From assembly GCA_028711065.1 (NCBI GenBank), contig JAQTSY010000005.1, forward strand, positions 7,656 to 71,655: a stretch of 64,000 bases of DNA, in the 5' to 3' direction. This DNA comes from Minisyncoccota bacterium. GTDB lineage: Bacteria; Patescibacteriota; Minisyncoccia; Phycocordibacterales; JAQTLZ01. The position numbers and the translations under genes are program-made. The notes under the pieces were generated by a model that searched no databases, was not told the DNA's origin, and saw only the letters and a program-made list of their open reading frames with translations. This document shows, one piece after another, positions 18,507-28,146 of this stretch (position 1 is the stretch's first letter; each line of letters opens with the position of its first letter).

Positions 18507-19052
18507 TTAAAACTTCATATGGAACCAATCAAGCCCGTAAATGTCGTTTATAAGCGCTCTTTCTCCCTTAGCCCATGTTTTATTTTTTGAAAGACCGAGA
18601 AGCGCGATTGCTTCTTTCACGTGTTCTTCGCTATTTCCTTCAATTTCGAGATACGCTGGCATTTGGGGATATTGATCGATATCAAATACCCAGTCTTTCA
18701 AAACAAAAGAGATCCTATCTTTTTCTTGATGTCCGTACAGTTCAAGACCAAGCTCTACAAAAAGATCGGCTAATTTTTCGGATTCCTCAATATTAAAATT
18801 AATTTCTTTGTGCTTGCGAGCAGTTCCCAAAATTTCCGATTTGGCTTTCCACGTCACTTCGCGTTTCCCTTCTGAATTCTGCCTAATTCGAAGAAACCAC
18901 GGATCATCACCTGCATGAGTAAGTCCCTTCGGGCCGAACCAATCGACAATAAGACGAGTTTCTTTAGTCTTCTTTGCGCCTAATTCTTTGAGCTTCGCGA
19001 TCAAATCCTTGCTGTCGATATCCAAAACCTTCGTCTCAATTTCATGCGCCAT
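18507..19052 (-). CDS. CYTH domain protein (triphosphate tunnel metalloenzyme)
   Basis: EIETK (ExExK), LRIR, EKDR, YLEIEG motifs. Confidence 0.88.
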   Translation of the reverse strand: MAHEIETKVLDIDSKDLIAKLKELGAKKTKETRLIVDWFGPKGLTHAGDDPWFLRIRQNSEGKREVTWKAKSEILGTARKHKEINFNIEESEKLADLFVELGLELYGHQEKDRISFVLKDWVFDIDQYPQMPAYLEIEGNSEEHVKEAIALLGLSKNKTWAKGERALINDIYGLDWFHMKF

Positions 19053-19057
19053 AAAAA

Positions 19058-19684
19058 TTAGGAGAAAATTTTAGCTACCGTGTCTGCAAAAGAAACATCC
19101 TTCAGCATGTCCTTTTTCCAACCCTGAACAAACTGTGTGAGAAATTTCTTCGCGATCTTGTCTTCCATGCCTTGTATCATTTTGATAAAAGTCGAGCTAA
19201 TGAGCTCTACATCAGATTTCATGAATTTATTGGCATACATTTTAAAATGCACAGCCTCAATATAATCAGCAATTTTTGCAATGCGTGATTCGTCTGATTC
19301 AAACGCCTGTTCTTCTTTTAAAAGATCTGCAAAATATCCTTTCTGTGCGCCAAAAAGACCGGAAAGATAGCGCTGATTTTCTATTTCAAATTTCTTCGCG
19401 TGCTTATAAGCTTCGGGATTTGCTTTCCTGTATCGCATAGAAATATCGCCTCCGAAAAGTTCCCCCAGATCATGCACGAGCGAAAGTTCAAGAACTTTTT
19501 TTATGTCGATCTTTGCGCCTTTCGTATTGAGAGAAGCGGCGATCTGCCACGCAAGCATTGCTACCAAATATTGATGCTCTGCCAGATTCGAAAGCGGCAT
19601 GTCTCCGCCATTTACGGCATACCCATACTGCGGCTGTTTGCGGGTAAGTTCCAAAATATGAAAAAGTTTCGTAAGGTGTTCCAT
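19058..19684 (-). CDS. HD-domain phosphohydrolase (YfbR-like 5'-deoxynucleotidase)
   Basis: LAEH, VHDLGE...GDI, KIADYIE motifs. Confidence 0.88.
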   Translation of the reverse strand: MEHLTKLFHILELTRKQPQYGYAVNGGDMPLSNLAEHQYLVAMLAWQIAASLNTKGAKIDIKKVLELSLVHDLGELFGGDISMRYRKANPEAYKHAKKFEIENQRYLSGLFGAQKGYFADLLKEEQAFESDESRIAKIADYIEAVHFKMYANKFMKSDVELISSTFIKMIQGMEDKIAKKFLTQFVQGWKKDMLKDVSFADTVAKIFS

Positions 19685-19745
19685 GCCGATTATAGTAGCA
19701 AAAATTTAAAAAACAGTCTCAAAATGCTAAGCTTATCTAACACTC

Positions 19746-20306
19746 ATGGAAAATGACGATATCATTCTCATAGAAAAGTCCCTCGAGGGAGATACCTCTG
19801 CATTTGAAATTTTGGTAAGTCGATACCTGAAGCATATCTATAATTTCGTTTACCACCTCTCTGGAAACGTCGACGAAGCAAACGACATCTCCCAAGAAGT
19901 CTTCGTAAAAGTCTGGAAAAACCTCAAAAAGTTCGACCCAGAGCAGAATTTCAAGACTTGGCTTTTTTCCATTGCAAGAAATACTACGATCGACTATTTC
20001 CGAAAGAAAAAGAGTATCTCGTTCGGAGATATGGAAATCGGCGAGAGCACTTCGTTTGAAGATTCTCTAACAGATGAGGAACCGCTTCCTGATGAAATCT
20101 TTGAACGGAAAGAGCTCGGAACATTCTTGGAAAAAGCCCTTGAAACCCTGCCTCTAGAGGGGCGGACTATTATTCTTCTCCACGACAAAGAAGACCTGAC
20201 ATTTGAAGAGATATCGAAAATCCTTAAGAAACCCATGAACACCGTGAAAAGCCAGTATCGGAGAGCAATTCTTGCGTTTAGAAAGACAATGAATGCACCA
20301 AAATAA
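19746..20306 (+). CDS. ECF RNA polymerase sigma factor
   Basis: DISQEVFVKVW, FKTWLFSIARNTTIDY, region 4 TFEEIS...NTVKS. Confidence 0.93.
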   Translation: MENDDIILIEKSLEGDTSAFEILVSRYLKHIYNFVYHLSGNVDEANDISQEVFVKVWKNLKKFDPEQNFKTWLFSIARNTTIDYFRKKKSISFGDMEIGESTSFEDSLTDEEPLPDEIFERKELGTFLEKALETLPLEGRTIILLHDKEDLTFEEISKILKKPMNTVKSQYRRAILAFRKTMNAPK

Positions 20307-20330
20307 GGCCTTTTATCGTATACTTACAAA

Positions 20331-20729
20331 ATGAAAACGTATCGAAATCTTTTTAATAACCTCTCTGAAAAGACTCCTCCTCAAGGATTATGTTTGTCCA
20401 TTATAAAAAAAGTAAGATCCATCCAAAGCCGTAATGCAAAAATTCGCTTTACACTCTCTTCGATCGTGACTCTGGTGTCTCTTGGCGGTATTTTTGAATC
20501 CATTCTCAAACTTATCGAAAGTTCAAACCAGTCAGGCTTTTCACAATATTTCTCTCTCATTTTTTCTGATAGCACCCTCTTCTTTTCATATTGGAAAGAA
20601 TTCGGGCTTTCTCTTGTCGAATCGCTTCCACTCGTCAGCCTCGTGTTTCTCCTTGGGATTGTCGTCGTCTTTCTTTGGTCAGGAGCTCGGGCACTCAAAG
20701 ATGCGCGCAGAACTTTTTTACCAGCATAA
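20331..20729 (+). CDS. Two-TM membrane protein, putative anti-sigma factor
   Basis: Lies directly after the ECF sigma gene; short cytoplasmic N-terminus plus 2 TMs. Confidence 0.6.
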   Translation: MKTYRNLFNNLSEKTPPQGLCLSIIKKVRSIQSRNAKIRFTLSSIVTLVSLGGIFESILKLIESSNQSGFSQYFSLIFSDSTLFFSYWKEFGLSLVESLPLVSLVFLLGIVVVFLWSGARALKDARRTFLPA

Positions 20730-20738
20730 TTTTTCATC

Positions 20739-21227
20739 ATGGATATTAAAAAGATATACGAATCAAAGACGGCACGCTCTATTTTCTTTGGGATCTGCAT
20801 AGCGATCGTGGCTCTTCTTATTTTTCAAGCGGGAATATTCGTTGGTTTGAGGAAAGCCGAATTTTCAGAGCGATTAGGAGAAAATTATTATCGAGCATTC
20901 GGACCATCACGGGACAGAGTGATGGGATTTTTCCGAGAAGAGATAGAGGGAGGTCATGGCGCGTCCGGGAAAATCGTCCGGATAGATCTGCCAACATTTG
21001 TCGTAGCTCAGGCAGATAATACTGAAAAGATCGTGATGATCGATAAAACGACAATACTTAGGCGCTTTCGAGAGGAAATAAAAGATACGGACCTCAAAGT
21101 TGATGATTCCGTAATTGTACTCGGCTCCCCCAACGAAGCAGGACAGATAGTAGCAAAATTCGTGAGACTCATCCCGGAAATGGCCACAAGTTCTCCCACC
21201 TCGACACAGCCAATTATGCATAACTAA
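20739..21227 (+). CDS. Membrane-anchored DUF5666-like OB-fold protein
   Basis: N-terminal TM; DLKVDDSVIVLG...GQIVAKFVR pattern. Confidence 0.6.
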   Translation: MDIKKIYESKTARSIFFGICIAIVALLIFQAGIFVGLRKAEFSERLGENYYRAFGPSRDRVMGFFREEIEGGHGASGKIVRIDLPTFVVAQADNTEKIVMIDKTTILRRFREEIKDTDLKVDDSVIVLGSPNEAGQIVAKFVRLIPEMATSSPTSTQPIMHN

Positions 21228-21239
21228 CAATACCGCTCA

Positions 21240-22961
21240 ATGAATCAAACGATTAAAAACATAAAAAAATATTTTGTCGCGCACAAAGTAATCGGAACAA
21301 TAGTTGTTCTTGTTATTCTCTTAGGCGCCTACCGGATCTACAAGCATTATACTGCTCCATCGACAGCCCCCCGCTATGTGCTCGGAACTGTGTCGAGAGG
21401 AACTATCACCACATCAGTTACGGGTACCGGGCAAGTATCGGCTTCAAATCAAATCGAACTGAAAGCAAAAGCTTCCGGCGATATTGTCTATCTCCCTGCA
21501 GCAGTCGGACAGGAAATTCCGGCTGGCACACTTATCGCCCAAATAGACTCTCATGATGCGGCAATTGCTTTGGAAACCGCGCAATTGGCGCTCCAGAAGC
21601 TTGTAAAACCAGCTGACGCTGTATCTCTCTCTGAAGCCGAAAATGCCTTAGCAGATGCAAAAGACGCAAACAAGAAAGCGACGGATGACCTCGCCAAAGC
21701 ATATGACGACAGTCTTAGTGCTATTGCAAATTCTTTTCTTGATTTCTCTCCCACTCTTACAGGTATAGATGATATTTTGGGAAAACAAGACCTTTCTGAC
21801 AATAACGCACGCATAAGCGGAAGAACTGCACTTGATTTTAGAAATAAAGCTTCAGCTGCGTATTATCTCGCAGATAACGCCGTGCAAAAAGAGACTCGGG
21901 ATTACCGCACCTTTGACCATAACGCTTCTCCGGAAACAGTTGAAAATATTTTAAATGAAACCTATGATACGGCAAAACTCGTCTCTGAAGCCACAAAAGA
22001 TACGAGAAATTTTGTCGATTACATGGCTGAAGATTCGCAGAGGAGTTCCGACTTTTCCGGCTACCAGAATACGCTCGCAGGCTATACGGCGGAAATGAAC
22101 GGGCACGTAGTTGATCTTCTTTCAATTCAAAATACTATTTCGGACGCGAAAAATACTATTTCCAGTTCGGCTCGAAGCATTCAGGAGAAAACTGAAGCGC
22201 TCCAGAAGATCAAAGACGGCACAGACGAACTCGATGTCCGTTCACAGGAGCTTTCCGTTCAGCAAAAAGAGTACGCGTACGAAGATTATTTCATCCGAGC
22301 GCCTTTTGACGGAGTCCTCGCGAAACTGGATGTGCGAAAAGGAGATTCGATAGGTTCTGGTGGTAGCCTCGGCACATTTTTAAGCAAGAATAAAATCGCC
22401 GATATTTCACTGAATGAAGTCGACGTTGCCCGCATAAAAGACGGACAGAAAGTCATGCTGACCTTTGACGCTATTGACGGTCTTACCATTTCAGGAGAGG
22501 TGGTAGAAACAGATCTGGTTGGCACAGTCACGCAAGGAGTCGTGAATTACAATGTGAAGATCGCCTTTGATACGGAGGACGATCGAGTGAAAGCGGGAAT
22601 GAGCGCGAACGCTGCCATTATTACTGACGTAATCCAAGACGTATTAATTGTTCCGAACAGCGCAGTGAAAACTCAAGGAAACACTCATTACGTAGAAATG
22701 TTTACAACGCCAATAACAAGCGCAAGTGCAGATACTGCGCAAGGAATTACTTCCGCTACATTGCCCAGTCAACAGGTAGTGGAAATCGGAACCTCAAATG
22801 ATACTCAAACCGAAATTACTTCGGGACTCAAAGAAGGAGATCAGATCGTAGTGCGAACTATCACCCCTTCAACCACAACTACGACAGCCCAGGCTCCAAG
22901 CCTCTTCGGAGGAAATACCCGCGCTGTCACAACTGGCGGAGCGCGCGGAGCCGGAAGATAG
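21240..22961 (+). CDS. Efflux periplasmic adaptor subunit (HlyD/MacA-like) with long coiled coil
   Basis: Lipoyl-like halves (GQEIPAGTLIAQID, IRAPFDGV), GMSANA, VPNSAV, EITSGLKEGD. Confidence 0.9.
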   Translation: MNQTIKNIKKYFVAHKVIGTIVVLVILLGAYRIYKHYTAPSTAPRYVLGTVSRGTITTSVTGTGQVSASNQIELKAKASGDIVYLPAAVGQEIPAGTLIAQIDSHDAAIALETAQLALQKLVKPADAVSLSEAENALADAKDANKKATDDLAKAYDDSLSAIANSFLDFSPTLTGIDDILGKQDLSDNNARISGRTALDFRNKASAAYYLADNAVQKETRDYRTFDHNASPETVENILNETYDTAKLVSEATKDTRNFVDYMAEDSQRSSDFSGYQNTLAGYTAEMNGHVVDLLSIQNTISDAKNTISSSARSIQEKTEALQKIKDGTDELDVRSQELSVQQKEYAYEDYFIRAPFDGVLAKLDVRKGDSIGSGGSLGTFLSKNKIADISLNEVDVARIKDGQKVMLTFDAIDGLTISGEVVETDLVGTVTQGVVNYNVKIAFDTEDDRVKAGMSANAAIITDVIQDVLIVPNSAVKTQGNTHYVEMFTTPITSASADTAQGITSATLPSQQVVEIGTSNDTQTEITSGLKEGDQIVVRTITPSTTTTTAQAPSLFGGNTRAVTTGGARGAGR

Positions 22962-22976
22962 TTTTTCCCTTATTGT

Positions 22977-23687
22977 ATGATCGAAATCAAAGATGTCACA
23001 AAAACATACTCATCAGGAGATCTCGCCTTTCAAGCTCTTCGCGGAGTGAGCTTTACTATTGCCGACGGAGAATTCGTGGCCATCATGGGACCATCTGGGT
23101 CTGGGAAATCAACACTCATGCATATTCTTGGCGCTCTTGATACGCCGACCTCTGGGAAATATTTTCTTGACGGAAAAGATGTTTCAACATTAACCGATGA
23201 TGAACTAGCGGACATCAGGAGAGACAAAGTCGGTTTCGTTTTTCAAGCTTTTAACCTCCTTCCGCGGGCAACAGTTCTGCGAAATGTAATGCTCCCGCTT
23301 GTGTATGAAGGAATAGAAAAAGAAGAACGGGTGAAGCGCGCTGAATCGGCACTCAAAGCAGCAGGGCTCGACGAAGCTCATTTTTCACATCTTTCCAACC
23401 AGCTCTCCGGCGGACAAATTCAACGCGTTGCAATTGCCCGGGCGCTTGTGAATAATCCCACCCTCATTCTGGCAGACGAGCCTACTGGAAACCTCGATAC
23501 AAAAACGGGGGAAATCGTGCTCGGAACATTTCAACGCCTCAATGAAGAACAAGGACGCACGATCATTCTCATCACCCACGAACCCGACGTGGCAGAACAC
23601 GCAGAAAGAATTATTCATATTAAAGACGGGCTCATTCTAAGCGACAGCAAGAAACATACCCGAAAAATCATTAATAAAAAGCAATGA
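22977..23687 (+). CDS. ABC transporter ATP-binding protein (MacB/LolD-like)
   Basis: GPSGSGKST, LSGGQ, ILADEPTGNLD. Confidence 0.95.
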   Translation: MIEIKDVTKTYSSGDLAFQALRGVSFTIADGEFVAIMGPSGSGKSTLMHILGALDTPTSGKYFLDGKDVSTLTDDELADIRRDKVGFVFQAFNLLPRATVLRNVMLPLVYEGIEKEERVKRAESALKAAGLDEAHFSHLSNQLSGGQIQRVAIARALVNNPTLILADEPTGNLDTKTGEIVLGTFQRLNEEQGRTIILITHEPDVAEHAERIIHIKDGLILSDSKKHTRKIINKKQ

Positions 23688-24895
23688 CTTCGCTCGACAT
23701 TCTTCAAGAAACATACATCGCTCTCTCTTCGAACAAAGTCCGAACAGGACTCACCATGCTCGGCATTGTGATCGGAATTGGCTCTGTCATTGCCATGGTT
23801 TCTATCGGCCAAGGCGCAAAAGCGCAGATCCAATCTTCGATCGAGGGACTCGGATCAAATCTTCTCACTATTCTTCCCGGCGTGGTCCAACCGGGGCGAG
23901 GACTTGTTTCATCTGGCAGAGGTTCGGCCCAAAGCCTGAAAAATGAAGATGCTACTGCCATCCAGCAAATTGACGGAATTGCAGCGCTTTCTCCGGAACT
24001 TTCACGAAGATTCCAGGTGAGCGCCCCAACAGGAAACAACACCAACACAACAGTGAACGGCGTTCTGCCGGCTTACATTACCGTAAGAAATCTTACCGTC
24101 GCAGATGGAAACTTTTTAACTGACGCGAGCGTTCGGAGCATCTCGCGCGAGGCGGTGCTCGGAGCGAATGTTGCAAAAGACCTCTTTGCAGACGCGGAAC
24201 CAGTCGGCAAAACGATTCGAGTTAATAATGCAATTTTCCGAGTTGTCGGAGTGCTTACCGCCAAAGGCGGAGCGGGATTTTCCGGGCCGGATGATCTGGT
24301 GATCGTCCCCCTCTCGACCATGCAGAAAGTATTAAGCGGCGTTGATTATCTTTCAGCATTGTACGTGAGCGTTACGGACAAAGACCAGATGAATTCGGTG
24401 CGGGATGTGATAACAGAAACACTTCTTGAAAAACACCGGGTCTCCGAAGCTGATTTCTCAATTATTTCTCAAGAAGATATTCTTGGCACACTTTCACAGG
24501 TGGTAAATACCTTTACCCTCTTTCTTGCCTCTATCGCGGGCATTTCGCTCGTCGTCGGCGGAATCGGCATTATGAATATGATGCTCACCACCGTAACAGA
24601 ACGAACGAAAGAGATCGGACTTCGCAAAGCGATCGGAGCAAAAAGCAGCGACATCAATACTCAATTTCTGGTGGAAGCCATCATGCTGACTTTCATTGGA
24701 GGGTTTGTGGGAATCGTCCTTGGATGGTCTATTGCATCGGCTGTAACTTACCTCGGTATTGTGCAGACCCAAGTGTCACTTTCTTCGATATTGCTCGCTT
24801 TCGGTGTTTCTGCAGCGATCGGAATTATCTTCGGATATTACCCCGCTCGTCGTGCCGGAAAATTAAATCCGATCGAGGCTTTGCGATACGAGTAA
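23684..24895 (+). CDS. ABC transporter permease (MacB/FtsX-like)
   Basis: LTMLGIVIGI, GGIGIMNMML, ERTKEIGLRKAIGA, PIEALRYE. Confidence 0.95.
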   Translation: MTSLDILQETYIALSSNKVRTGLTMLGIVIGIGSVIAMVSIGQGAKAQIQSSIEGLGSNLLTILPGVVQPGRGLVSSGRGSAQSLKNEDATAIQQIDGIAALSPELSRRFQVSAPTGNNTNTTVNGVLPAYITVRNLTVADGNFLTDASVRSISREAVLGANVAKDLFADAEPVGKTIRVNNAIFRVVGVLTAKGGAGFSGPDDLVIVPLSTMQKVLSGVDYLSALYVSVTDKDQMNSVRDVITETLLEKHRVSEADFSIISQEDILGTLSQVVNTFTLFLASIAGISLVVGGIGIMNMMLTTVTERTKEIGLRKAIGAKSSDINTQFLVEAIMLTFIGGFVGIVLGWSIASAVTYLGIVQTQVSLSSILLAFGVSAAIGIIFGYYPARRAGKLNPIEALRYE

Positions 24896-24923
24896 AAATT
24901 TAATAAATAATGTAATAAAAGAT

Positions 24924-25325
24924 ATGAATAAAAAAATTGTAGGAGTTATTGTAGTCATTATCATCGCAGGAGCGAGTTTCTATGGAGGGATGCAATATGG
25001 AAAGAATAGCGTTACAAGCGCATTCAGCGCTCGATTTGGACAAGGTGGAGCGGGTGGAGGACAAAGAGGTGCTCGAGGAGGCGCAAATGGAGGAGGATTT
25101 GTGACGGGAACAGTATTATCGCAGGATACGAATGGCATCACTGTTCAACTGCGAAGCGGCGGTTCTCAAATCATTCTCATCTCTTCAAGCACGCCAATCA
25201 TGAAAAGTGTCGCCGGCGGAGAATCTGACCTGCAAAAAGGACAAAACGTAATGGTCATGGGAACCACAAATCCGGACGGCAGTCTCACTGCTGAGTCAGT
25301 TCAGATACGACAAGCGAGCAATTAA
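24924..25325 (+). CDS. Gly-rich DUF5666-like membrane-anchored protein
   Basis: FYGGMQY after a TM; DLQKGQNVMVMGTTNPDGSLTAESVQI. Confidence 0.7.
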   Translation: MNKKIVGVIVVIIIAGASFYGGMQYGKNSVTSAFSARFGQGGAGGGQRGARGGANGGGFVTGTVLSQDTNGITVQLRSGGSQIILISSSTPIMKSVAGGESDLQKGQNVMVMGTTNPDGSLTAESVQIRQASN

Positions 25326-25327
25326 CC

Positions 25328-26956
25328 TCACGAGGAAGTAAAGAGCACACCTTCGTATGGCCGGAGGGTAACAGTATTCTCTTTTGAAGAAAGAGGCGTG
25401 TTCATGTACGTCGAACATGCAATTTGTAATTTCCTTCCTTCGACAACAAGTTCTTCATTCACTATTTCATTTGAAAAGTTGAGCATGACAAACCACTCTT
25501 CTTTCGATGTCTTTCTGCTGTAAAAGAATACATCGGATGATTTCGCGTTTCTCGGAACGTATTCGCCATAGCGAAGAGCCTCCGATGCGTTCCTATAGTA
25601 GAGAAGCATTTTATAAAGATAAAACATTGATTCCGGATTCGCCCTTTCTGTTTTCACATTCACCTTCGCGTAGTCTTCAGAGACGGGGAGCCAAGGTTCC
25701 ACTTCTGAAAAGCCTGCGTTCAAATCATCCGACCATTGCATCGGCGTCCTTTCCGGATCACGAAGAATGGAAGGATTTTCAATGAGCGTGGCGAAGCCGT
25801 CTTTCATTTTGTGTTTTGGTATTTCCACATTTTTCATGCCTATTTCTTCTCCGTAATAGACAAAAACAGTACCCCGAAGCGTAAGAAGCATGAGAGCGAG
25901 AAGCCGTGTACGAGTCTCTCCAAAGCGCGTAAGTACTCTCCTATGATCATGGTTACCCAGCACATAGGTCGGAACTCTTTTTGGTCCAACAAGCTTATCG
26001 AAAGCGTTTATAAATGCTCTGTAAATTTCTGCAGACCACGGCTTTTTAAATAATTCAAAAAGATTGAAATTAAAAGGAGTATGATTCCGATACGTACACC
26101 CGTCATAGATCTTTATAAGCTGTGTAAGATCGACATACGATTCTGTCACAATAAAGATGTCCCGATATTTTTTCGAGGATTCGCATATTAGATTAATAAC
26201 TCCGATTACTTCCGGCTGATTTTCATCATACATATGAAGATACTCATCGTATGGCAAATCAACCCCCTTCACGAAATGAGTATTCACAGGGTCATCCCGA
26301 AAACGCTTGTCTTCAACTGTATGCGCGACAGCATCCACACGAAAACCATCGACTCCCCTTTTGAGCCAGAAATCAATTATCTTTTTAAATTCTTTGCGCA
26401 CCTCATCGTTTCTCCAATTCAAATCTGGCTGATGCGGAAGGAAATGATGAAGATAGCATTGTCCAGTCGATGGGTCAGGTGTCCATGCAGAACCGCCGGA
26501 AACAGCAAGCCAATTATTCGGTGGCAAACCTCCTGGAAGCGGATCCTTCCAGACATACCAATCTCTTTTCGGATTGGTTTTCGACATTCTAGCTTCTTGA
26601 AACCAAGGATGCTCGCGGGAAGTGTGATTGACCACCAAATCCATAATAATTTTAAGTCCCCGCTTATGCGCCTCCGCAACAAGCTTGTCAAAAATCTCGA
26701 GCGTCCCGAATCGAGGATCTATATCGCAATAATCGGTCACATCATAGCCAAAATCTTTCATCGGCGATGGGTAGACGGGTGAAATCCACAAAGCATCAAC
26801 TCCTAATGAATGCGGGCTGCCCCGGAAATAATCGAGTCTTGAAATAATACCTTCAAGGTCGCCAATACCGTCTCCGTTGGAATCTTGAAAGCTCCACGGA
26901 TAGATCTGATAGATAACCGCGTTTTCGTACCACTTCGGCCGTTGAAACCAAAACAT
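25328..26956 (-). CDS. GH13 alpha-glucosidase / oligo-1,6-glucosidase
   Basis: YQIYP, DSNGDGIGDL, DLVVNHTS, QPDLN, DGFRVDA, NHD, RTPMQW. Confidence 0.95.
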   Translation of the reverse strand: MFWFQRPKWYENAVIYQIYPWSFQDSNGDGIGDLEGIISRLDYFRGSPHSLGVDALWISPVYPSPMKDFGYDVTDYCDIDPRFGTLEIFDKLVAEAHKRGLKIIMDLVVNHTSREHPWFQEARMSKTNPKRDWYVWKDPLPGGLPPNNWLAVSGGSAWTPDPSTGQCYLHHFLPHQPDLNWRNDEVRKEFKKIIDFWLKRGVDGFRVDAVAHTVEDKRFRDDPVNTHFVKGVDLPYDEYLHMYDENQPEVIGVINLICESSKKYRDIFIVTESYVDLTQLIKIYDGCTYRNHTPFNFNLFELFKKPWSAEIYRAFINAFDKLVGPKRVPTYVLGNHDHRRVLTRFGETRTRLLALMLLTLRGTVFVYYGEEIGMKNVEIPKHKMKDGFATLIENPSILRDPERTPMQWSDDLNAGFSEVEPWLPVSEDYAKVNVKTERANPESMFYLYKMLLYYRNASEALRYGEYVPRNAKSSDVFFYSRKTSKEEWFVMLNFSNEIVNEELVVEGRKLQIACSTYMNTPLSSKENTVTLRPYEGVLFTSS

Positions 26957-26989
26957 GGTTTTATTATAACGCAGATTGTAAAATCTATC

Positions 26990-28138
26990 TCAGCCGTTTT
27001 TATGGTCTTTCCAGTGTTTCTCCCAGATGATTGTATGCAGTTTTGCAAAAAGCTTTTCGGCTTTTAATTTTGTCTTTTCATCAGCATTTGCCAGTGAGCG
27101 CACCGCGAGAAGAAGCTGTTTCGCTCCCTTCTCTATTTCTGTCGGGTTCCAAGAGACTGGAGAAAATGGGCCAATTTTTCTCTCGCTTGCCCACCACCAT
27201 GCACAGCTAGCTACTCCTTTGTCGGCATACTTTCTTGCTTTCCCATATTCTAGATCTCCCTGCGCACCCTCGACGGTTTTAAGCACAAAATTCCTAAACA
27301 GATTGAGGCGTTTATGAATTATATTTCTCGGGTCGTCCCAGAGCCCAAAAGGAATTTTTTCGGCAAGTTCTTCTTTCGTGGATTCCCAGCTTGCTTCGCG
27401 AACCGAAATCGTTTCCTTTTTCGAAAGACGGGAAAGATATTCTGAAGCGGTAAGATTTTGTACCTCTTTGTCAGTGAAGATACGTTCATAAAATCCCCTG
27501 TCATCTGTATGCCAATGGCCGTAAAGTTCTCCATCATGAAGGGTGATAATATAATTTGCGAACTTCTCTTTATTTTTTGAAATATATTCGGGAGGAAATG
27601 TTTTCGAGAACTCGGAGTTTCGAAAAATGACATTCAGCCCGTTGCCTTTCAAAACGTATCTGACTTCCGGATCCACTTTAACTTCTGCATGGGTTTCATC
27701 GAGAACGAGAAAAGTAAATCCAAGCTTTTTCAAGAGAGATGCAATTTTAGGCCCATAGGCAAGTTCAGGCAGATAAAAACCGGCCATTTTGTAGGCGTCT
27801 CCGAAATATTTTCTCAAAACATCCTCGTTGAGGCGTATCTGCCGCTCTATCTCTTTTTTCGACAAAAGCGGAAGTATTGGATGATACATCGCACTCCCGA
27901 GAAGCTCGATTCTCCCCTCGATGGCATATTTTCGAATACCATCGATGATGTCAGCCCTTCCATATTTTTCTAAAAGCTCCACAAGCGAGCCGTTAATATT
28001 CAAAGTAATTTTAAGAGTCGGGTATTTTTCAAGAAGCTTCAAAATAAGCGAGTAGCTTTCGTTTGAAACTTTTTCTATCACCTCCTTTTCCTGCGTCGGC
28101 GGCTGATAAATATGCAATATGTTTACCCAATACTTCAT
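26990..28138 (-). CDS. GH57 family glycoside hydrolase
   Basis: HIYQP, YHPILPLL, YLPELA, DGELYGH motifs. Confidence 0.9.
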   Translation of the reverse strand: MKYWVNILHIYQPPTQEKEVIEKVSNESYSLILKLLEKYPTLKITLNINGSLVELLEKYGRADIIDGIRKYAIEGRIELLGSAMYHPILPLLSKKEIERQIRLNEDVLRKYFGDAYKMAGFYLPELAYGPKIASLLKKLGFTFLVLDETHAEVKVDPEVRYVLKGNGLNVIFRNSEFSKTFPPEYISKNKEKFANYIITLHDGELYGHWHTDDRGFYERIFTDKEVQNLTASEYLSRLSKKETISVREASWESTKEELAEKIPFGLWDDPRNIIHKRLNLFRNFVLKTVEGAQGDLEYGKARKYADKGVASCAWWWASERKIGPFSPVSWNPTEIEKGAKQLLLAVRSLANADEKTKLKAEKLFAKLHTIIWEKHWKDHKNG

Positions 28139-28146
28139 ACAAGAAA

